Origin: a virus
DNA: 60,638 bases
Direction: 5' to 3' (one strand)
IMG/VR virus record: IMGVR_UViG_3300045988_153078
Shown: one piece after another, positions 55,250 through 60,638 of the stretch
Position numbering within the stretch: position 1 is the stretch's first letter
How the letters are laid out: every line of letters starts with the position of its first letter
The notes under the pieces: generated by a model
Database searches by the model: none
Told to the model about the DNA's origin: nothing
Seen by the model: only the letters and a program-made list of their open reading frames with translations
Position numbers and translations under genes: made by a program

Positions 55250-55873
55250 ATGGACGGATTAAATTTATATCAAAAGATACAGGCTGTTTCCAACGAGGTA
55301 AAGAACATCGAAAAAAATATGACCGTTGGTGCCGGTAGTTATGCCTATAAGGCTGTCCAGGATATAGATGTTACTCTTTGTGTGAAAGATGCCGAAACGA
55401 AATACGGTATAGTAAGTATTCCGGTTAAGCAAGAATTGATTAAATCAGAGGTGATAAGAACTATAAAAAAAGAAAATATAGAATCTATCACTTATGCTGA
55501 TATCGTTAAGATGACTGTAAGGATCATCAATCTTGATAAACCAGAGGAATATATAGAGGTTGAAAGTTTCGGGCGTGGGCTTGACAGCGGAGATAAGGGA
55601 TTTGGCAAGGCTTCTACTTATGCAAGAAAATATGCTTTACTAAACGCATATAAAATAGCAACGGGTGAAGATCCGGATGATGTAAAATCAAAAGAGATGC
55701 TTGCGATGAAAACACTTGATGAAAAAAGAGTTATAGTGAGCAATTTCCTTTTATCTGATAATAACAAATGCACCAGTTTTCTTCAGCGGTTCAACAAAGG
55801 TTCTATTGAGGAACTTGATGCGAAAGAGATTGAAATGATTTATGACGGTATGAGAAAGAGAGGTATTGTATGA
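55250..55873 (+). CDS. erf: ERF-family single-strand annealing protein
   Basis: YKAVQDIDV... and GFGKASTYARKYALLNAYKIATGEDPDD. Confidence 0.75.
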   Translation: MDGLNLYQKIQAVSNEVKNIEKNMTVGAGSYAYKAVQDIDVTLCVKDAETKYGIVSIPVKQELIKSEVIRTIKKENIESITYADIVKMTVRIINLDKPEEYIEVESFGRGLDSGDKGFGKASTYARKYALLNAYKIATGEDPDDVKSKEMLAMKTLDEKRVIVSNFLLSDNNKCTSFLQRFNKGSIEELDAKEIEMIYDGMRKRGIV

Positions 55874-56490
55874 TAGAAACAATGTATATAGGAAGTGGAG
55901 ATATTCATGCATTATTATCAGGCAAGAATACGAAATCTCACATCTCTCTTATGCAGCGTTTTGTTAGTGGTGAAAAACCTTATTATAATGCCAAATGCAG
56001 TCCTATAGACGCTCTTAGAACCGGTGCTATATTAGAGGAAAGGTTTCTTGCTTTCTTGCCTATGTGGTATTTCCCTCAATATGTCGTTCATTGCAAAGAA
56101 ATGGATGTATTCAAGGCTTCTCTTGATTTTGCAGAGATAAAAGAAGGAAAATTGAATGATTTCATTGAGTTGAAGACTGTTTATCTAAACGATTATGTCG
56201 ATAACATACAGCCTATAAAAGGGGATAACGCCAAGTTACTTGAATATCTCAAGAAAAAGCATAAATCATACTACAATCAAGTACAGGAGCAATTGTATTG
56301 CTCAGGGCTAAATTCATGTACTCTTACATTCCTCTGCGTTAATTCTTATAACGATGAAGAGAATATTCATAGAAAAATATCAGAAGATGATTTTACGAAA
56401 GTGAGGATATCAAGAGATGAGCAAACTATAGAATATATTAAAGAAAGAGGAATGATATTCCAACAAATTAAAGATTTTTATACCAAATAG
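55870..56490 (+). CDS. Candidate PD-(D/E)XK exonuclease partner of Erf
   Basis: LDFAEIKEGKLNDFIELK (D..E.K-like). Position between the erf and ssb-like genes. Confidence 0.35.
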   Translation: MIETMYIGSGDIHALLSGKNTKSHISLMQRFVSGEKPYYNAKCSPIDALRTGAILEERFLAFLPMWYFPQYVVHCKEMDVFKASLDFAEIKEGKLNDFIELKTVYLNDYVDNIQPIKGDNAKLLEYLKKKHKSYYNQVQEQLYCSGLNSCTLTFLCVNSYNDEENIHRKISEDDFTKVRISRDEQTIEYIKERGMIFQQIKDFYTK

Positions 56491-56493
56491 ACT

Positions 56494-56943
56494 ATGGCAA
56501 ATCAAATAACCGGACGTATTTTATCTATCAGCAATACCGTCCAAATCCAATCCAAAAACAGTGGAGCTACATTCACTAAACGGGAGTTCCTGTTGGACGC
56601 TACCACCTATGATCCTTATACCAAGGAGCGTAGCGAGTATGAAAATATTATTCCCTTAGAGTTCTCAGGCGATAAATGCACCGAACTTGACCGTTTTAAA
56701 ACCGGTGATGTTGTTACCGTGTCATTTGTTCTACAGGGGCGTTCCTGGTCTACTCAGGACGGGGAGCTTAAACGTATGGTGTCCATCCGGTGTTATAAAA
56801 TAGAAGCGCGTGGCGGTGTATCGCAATCCCCACAGACTGCACCAGTACAACAACCAGCACCACAGCCGACTTATCAGCAACCGCAGAACTTTCAGCCACC
56901 AGTTGATGCAAATGGTAATGCAAAGGACGATTTACCTTTTTAG
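56494..56943 (+). CDS. DUF3127-like single-stranded DNA-binding protein
   Basis: OB-fold-like N-terminus (ITGRILSISNTVQIQSKNSGATFTKREFLL), P/Q-rich linker, acidic SSB-type tip DDLPF. Confidence 0.65.
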   Translation: MANQITGRILSISNTVQIQSKNSGATFTKREFLLDATTYDPYTKERSEYENIIPLEFSGDKCTELDRFKTGDVVTVSFVLQGRSWSTQDGELKRMVSIRCYKIEARGGVSQSPQTAPVQQPAPQPTYQQPQNFQPPVDANGNAKDDLPF

Positions 56944-56946
56944 TAT

Positions 56947-57384
56947 ATGTTGTTCGATTTGAAGAATGAATATCAGATACCCAAATTCAAGGAGTATGTA
57001 AACAAGCTGTTTAGTGAACGTGCGGTGGTGGAAGTGAAAAAGAAACTACCTAACCGCACGCTTGCCCAAAACAGCTATTTACATCTTCTTTTAGGGTATT
57101 TCGGTAGTGAGTATGGTTGCAGCCTTGACGAAGCCAAAATAGACTTCTATAAGAGGACTTGCAACCGTGATTTATTTGAACGTAAAACGGTCAACAAGAA
57201 GGGCAAGGAAGTAATCTACTTGCGCAGTTCAGCCGAACTGACAACAGGTGAAATGACCCTGAGTATTGACCGCTTCCGTAATTGGAGCGCATCGGTGACA
57301 GGTATCTATCTGCCGGCTGCAAATGAACATCAAATGCTGATTTATGCCCAGCAAGAAATTGAACGTAACAAAGAGTTTATTTAG
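56947..57384 (+). CDS. ninB: NinB/Orf-like recombination mediator
   Basis: NRTLAQNSYLHLLLGYFG and SSAELTTGEMTLSIDRFRNW parallel the lambda Orf RSLDQN...LG and STS..EF patterns (from memory). Confidence 0.45.
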   Translation: MLFDLKNEYQIPKFKEYVNKLFSERAVVEVKKKLPNRTLAQNSYLHLLLGYFGSEYGCSLDEAKIDFYKRTCNRDLFERKTVNKKGKEVIYLRSSAELTTGEMTLSIDRFRNWSASVTGIYLPAANEHQMLIYAQQEIERNKEFI

Positions 57385-57386
57385 CT

Positions 57387-57608
57387 ATGGAAGATTTATT
57401 CGGAAATGAGATAAAGCCAATCAAGATATACAACCGTGATAGTGCCGGTAGATTTTCTGATGAAAAGACAGCGAAGTATGAGCGTGCTTTGAAGGATGCT
57501 GGCAAATACAAACAGATGTATCTTGCTGCTCAATCCCGAATGAAAGGAATGGCTAATATGCTGAGGATGAAAGAAGAACTAATTTCTAAAATGAAAAATA
57601 ATGGATAA
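57387..57608 (+). CDS. Hypothetical protein
   Basis: 73-aa ORF. Confidence 0.5.
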   Translation: MEDLFGNEIKPIKIYNRDSAGRFSDEKTAKYERALKDAGKYKQMYLAAQSRMKGMANMLRMKEELISKMKNNG

Positions 57609-58032
57609 ATTTTTAGGTCAAGAAATCCCCGAAAAGGAAAGATGGCAGTTCCTACAGGACAATGCCGATGCAGTGGAAGAGATTGGCTATACACATCGGT
57701 TTACACCGGATGAATTAGCACAAAAGAAAGAATCTCTTGCTGAAACCTCAATCAAAATCAATGATATTGAGATAGAGAAAAAAGAAGCTATGGAAGCATT
57801 TAAGGCTGAATTAAAGCCTTTAAATGAAAAAAAACAGGAACTTCTTGAAAACATAAAGAAAGGCTCTGAATATGTTGAAAATGAAGAGTGTGTGAAGATT
57901 CTCTATCATGAAGAAAAAATGGCCGGGTATTACAACAAACTTGGTGAGCTGGTTTATTCCCGTCCTATAATGCCGCAGGAAATGCAAAGAACTATTTTTA
58001 ATATTAATCGTAAAACAGGAACAGAATCATGA
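57601..58032 (+). CDS. Hypothetical coiled-coil protein
   Basis: 143-aa ORF. Confidence 0.55.
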   Translation: MDKFLGQEIPEKERWQFLQDNADAVEEIGYTHRFTPDELAQKKESLAETSIKINDIEIEKKEAMEAFKAELKPLNEKKQELLENIKKGSEYVENEECVKILYHEEKMAGYYNKLGELVYSRPIMPQEMQRTIFNINRKTGTES

Positions 58033-58766
58033 GCGAAAACAAAATCAACTTGGTTGTGCCGAAAGATTATAACGGCAAACCTATCGAAGTAGTGTTAAGA
58101 GAAGGTAAAGCACCCGTAGCACTTGACCCGAAAGAACCGGAAAGAGTGGTTATCAATGGAACAATAGACGCACCTTTCAGATGGTTAGAGAAACGTGTCG
58201 AACTGATTAATCAGAAAGAGACGAACATTATCGTAAACCGTGATAAGATGGGGCTGGCTCTGACGATTGATGAAACCAGCTACTATCAGACAGAAATCAA
58301 CGGCATTTTGCAGCCTTCAAAAGAAATGCTGGAGTTCGGCATCAATACAGATAAGAATTGGGAACCTATCAAATTGTCACAGTTTTTGAAGATGCACCGA
58401 GCTTTCTTTACTGACAAGTCGCAGAACATGATGCTTGTTTCTACTTTGAAGAGCTTCAAAGCAAAGGTAAACCAAGACATTGAGCGTAGTAAAGAAGAAA
58501 ACGGAAGCAAAGTGGATAATTACTCACAGGTGGTTGATTCCAACCTTCCAAAATCTTTCAAACTAAACATTCCTCTTTTCAAAGGTTTTGCCAACGAAGA
58601 GATAGAAGTTGAGATTTACGCTGATGTGGACGGTCGTGATGTATCTCTTTCTCTTGTGTCCGCTGGTGCAAATGAAGCCATTGAAGAATACAAGAACAAG
58701 GTGATTGATGAGCAACTGGATGCTATCAGACAGATTGCACCAGACATTGTAATCGTTGAGGTGTAA
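58029..58766 (+). CDS. Hypothetical protein
   Basis: 245-aa ORF. Confidence 0.6.
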   Translation: MSENKINLVVPKDYNGKPIEVVLREGKAPVALDPKEPERVVINGTIDAPFRWLEKRVELINQKETNIIVNRDKMGLALTIDETSYYQTEINGILQPSKEMLEFGINTDKNWEPIKLSQFLKMHRAFFTDKSQNMMLVSTLKSFKAKVNQDIERSKEENGSKVDNYSQVVDSNLPKSFKLNIPLFKGFANEEIEVEIYADVDGRDVSLSLVSAGANEAIEEYKNKVIDEQLDAIRQIAPDIVIVEV

Positions 58767-58768
58767 CA

Positions 58769-58936
58769 ATGAGAAAGCACATTTATTTAATTCTGTTTCT
58801 GGTAGTCGGAATATCTATCGGAAACAGAATATTCAATCACCTCAACGCTTGGCTGGGCGTGGTAATAATATCAGCCACAGTGATTTATTTCGTTTATAAA
58901 CTAATTAAAAATTTGAAGAATGAAAAGATTGATTAA
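58769..58936 (+). CDS. Small two-TM membrane protein (55 aa)
   Basis: Hand-translated MRKHIYLILFLVVGISIGNRIFNHLNAWLGVVIISATVIYFVYKLIKNLKNEKID. Confidence 0.35.
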   Translation: MRKHIYLILFLVVGISIGNRIFNHLNAWLGVVIISATVIYFVYKLIKNLKNEKID

Positions 58937-59726
58937 TCTAATGCTGGTCTGTATGACCTTAGTGGTATTTGCTTCATGCGAAAGAGTAGCCCCTAATTAT
59001 GCCGGTGTTCTAATGGAGAACTATGGGAAGCAAGGAAAAGAGGATTTTAAGGTAGTGTCCGGTAAAGTTTCCACTTGGGAATGGGGCACTGAATTGTTTC
59101 AAGTTCCATTGTTTGACCAAAGAGGGGAATTTGCTGAACCTGTCACATTGAAGGCTGCTGATAACACTGAATTTAACGCACGTCCTACTTATTCTTATAA
59201 AGTTATCAAGAATAGAGCTATAGATGTTGTATTCGATAACAAACATATAGATAAAGCTGATACAGAATCAGGAAAAGACGGGTTTATGCAAAGCCTTGAA
59301 GATAATATACTTGAACCTCGTATTTATGATTTAATCAAAGAAGAAAGCCGTAAGCACAAGACAGACAGTTTAATGGCTGACGGTGGTTCTCTTCTTTTTG
59401 AAAAGCGGTTGGAGCAGATTGTGGATAAAGAATTTGAGAAAAGAGGGCTTCAATTGCTGACTTTTTCTGCACAGCTTGAATTTTCAAAGGCTGTGCGTGA
59501 GAAGATTGATAGTCGTAATGAGGTGAATACCAATATATCTGTATTAGACCAGCAGATTGCAGAGCAGAAGAAACGCAACGAATTGGAGCAATTAAAAACA
59601 GAACAGGCTTTAATTACTTCAAGGGGTTTGACTAAAGAAATCCTATATAAACAGTTTATCGACAAATGGGATGGGAAAACGCCAATTTACGGAGCTATTC
59701 CCGATTTGATTAAGTTACAGAAATAA
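58920..59726 (+). CDS. SPFH/Band-7 (prohibitin-like) domain lipoprotein
   Basis: Lipobox LVVFASC; ERVAPNYAGVLMENYGK...; the central region resembles an SPFH domain and is followed by a coiled coil. Confidence 0.5.
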   Translation: MKRLINLMLVCMTLVVFASCERVAPNYAGVLMENYGKQGKEDFKVVSGKVSTWEWGTELFQVPLFDQRGEFAEPVTLKAADNTEFNARPTYSYKVIKNRAIDVVFDNKHIDKADTESGKDGFMQSLEDNILEPRIYDLIKEESRKHKTDSLMADGGSLLFEKRLEQIVDKEFEKRGLQLLTFSAQLEFSKAVREKIDSRNEVNTNISVLDQQIAEQKKRNELEQLKTEQALITSRGLTKEILYKQFIDKWDGKTPIYGAIPDLIKLQK

Positions 59727-59774
59727 CTTTGTTAACCTGCCTGCTCAGTCTGTGAAGATATGGCGGGCAAACAT

Positions 59775-59901
59775 GGATAAGTGACAGAATGGTATTGTAA
59801 AGAGGCATGCTACACCTCGAAAAACAAATGTAGTGCTGCCCGTAAATCAGGGGTCTGCTCGTAAATAATGCTGATTGGTGGTTCGAGTCCACCCTTATCC
59901 T
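59775..59901 (+). ncRNA. tRNA-like element 4
   Basis: The acceptor ggataag (59775-81) pairs with cttatcc (59894-900). The D-arm is canonical: acag-aatggta-ttgt (59784-98). The T-arm is canonical: ggtgg-ttcgagt-ccacc (59877-93). Between them are an extended irregular hairpin (59804-40, 14-nt loop) and a second hairpin, aatcag...ctgatt (59845-76). Confidence 0.5.
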
Positions 59902-59930
59902 CCCATTTTACTAATTAACATGAATATACG

Positions 59931-60638
59931 ATGAAAACATTCGAAGAACTGAAAGAAGACCTATTAACCCGCGCTAAAAATGCAGGAGCGTGCCAAAGAG
60001 GTTATGCAATGGGATTAAGAAGCGAAACTAAAGCTGACTTACTGATAGCTATTACCGAAAATTGGTTTTGGGTATTTAGGGACGAAAAAATAGTTGATGC
60101 TGAATACTTGGAAGATAATTTTACCGAAGAAGAATTATTGCAAGCTGGTATTTACATCCGAGGCATACATAAGGTTAAAACTTCTTCATTTGCCTTCGGC
60201 AGCGCAACGGTGGAAGCCTACGGCAGCGCAACGGTGGAAGCCTACGGCAGCGCAACGGTGAAAGCCTGCGGCAGCGCAACGGTGGAAGCCTACGGCAGCG
60301 CAACGGTGAAAGCCTACGACAGCGCAACGGTGAAAGCCTACGACAGCGCAACGGTGAAAGCCTGCGGCAGCGCAACGGTGGAAGCCTACGACAGCGCAAC
60401 GGTGGAAGCCTGCGGCAGCGCAACGGTGAAAGCCTACGACAGCGCAACGGTGGAAGCCTACGGCAGCGCAACGGTGGAAGCCTACGACAGCGCAACGGTG
60501 GAAGCCTACGGCAGCGCAACGGTGGAAGCCTACGACAGCGCAACGGTGGAAGCCTACGGCAGCGCAACGGTGGAAGCCTACGACAGCGCAACGGTGGAAG
60601 CCTACGGCAGCGCAACGGTGGAAGCCTACGGCAGCGCA
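59931..60638 (+). CDS. Octapeptide-repeat protein, N-terminal part (open at the window end; continues at 2-178)
   Basis: ATG 59931. A unique N-domain of 89 aa is followed by 18 full (G/D)SATV(E/K)A(Y/C) units. There is no stop before 60638, and 708 nt is exactly 236 codons. Confidence 0.8.
   Translation, partial: MKTFEELKEDLLTRAKNAGACQRGYAMGLRSETKADLLIAITENWFWVFRDEKIVDAEYLEDNFTEEELLQAGIYIRGIHKVKTSSFAFGSATVEAYGSATVEAYGSATVKACGSATVEAYGSATVKAYDSATVKAYDSATVKACGSATVEAYDSATVEACGSATVKAYDSATVEAYGSATVEAYDSATVEAYGSATVEAYDSATVEAYGSATVEAYDSATVEAYGSATVEAYGSA
60192..60638 (+). repeat. 24-nt tandem repeat array, about 18.6 units
   Basis: The unit is gcctacggcagcgcaacggtggaa. The only variation among units is G/A at three fixed positions. 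Confidence 0.95.

Noticed and set aside
60175-60615. 146-aa minus-strand ORF reading RCRRLPPL repeats
   Set aside because: It is the antisense reading of the 24-nt array. The plus-strand frame has a proper ATG at 59931 and a unique N-domain, and it continues in frame to a unique C-terminus and stop at 176-178. The minus ORF is therefore an artefact of the periodicity.
60192-60638. The tandem array as a CRISPR array
   Set aside because: The units are contiguous 24-mers with no spacers, they sit in a continuous ORF, and no cas genes are present.
1-60638. Interpreting the shared ends as direct terminal repeats of the virion DNA
   Set aside because: The shared sequence is simply the internal tandem repeat of a gene whose frame closes across the junction. 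That is more consistent with an assembly break or circularisation point than with packaging-defined terminal repeats. Read-level analysis is needed to be sure.

Overview
The window reads as one complete, circularly permuted genome of a temperate siphovirus-like phage, about 60.6 kb. The first 37 nt are identical to the last 37 nt, and both ends lie inside the same 24-nt tandem-repeat array within one gene. The host is probably a Bacteroidales species. This is inferred from many TAnnTTTG -7 boxes upstream of genes, weak or absent Shine-Dalgarno sites, a DUF3127-like SSB, a Bacteroides-type integrase and lipoprotein signal peptides. Modules in window order:
- Replication and recombination genes plus many small ORFs (0.35-13.3 kb): NinG, three YopX paralogs, an SF2 helicase, HNH, a replication organizer, a PP-loop enzyme, Dam, an MmcB-like nuclease and MazG.
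- Terminase small and large subunits (13.4-15.9 kb).
- A 4.7 kb accessory island (15.9-20.7 kb): a KilA-N/KilAC antirepressor, a Big_2 lipoprotein and HicAB.
- HK97-type portal, protease and capsid, then head-tail and tail genes, including a 1292-aa tape measure and a 1694-aa fiber with a collagen-like tract (20.7-41.1 kb). A KilA-N moron sits inside the tail module.
- Holin and amidase, a LamG-like protein and a candidate u-spanin (41.2-44.7 kb).
- An unassigned low-complexity gene block (45.3-48.5 kb).
- A Bro-N antirepressor, the integrase and a CI-like repressor with a thrice-repeated operator (48.9-53.1 kb).
- An early region with Erf, a nuclease, SSB and NinB (54.6-59.7 kb).

The most unusual content is RNA-like. 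An ORF-free, GC-elevated block of about 0.55 kb sits directly behind the early promoter (53.1-53.7 kb). Four elements have canonical tRNA acceptor and T-arms but non-canonical anticodon regions: 186-330, 53693-53881, 54461-54526 and 59775-59901. The 54461-54526 element has no anticodon loop and carries G3:U70 plus A73. These elements bracket small ORFs and the octapeptide-repeat gene. All product names come from motifs read by eye. No database search or folding program was run.
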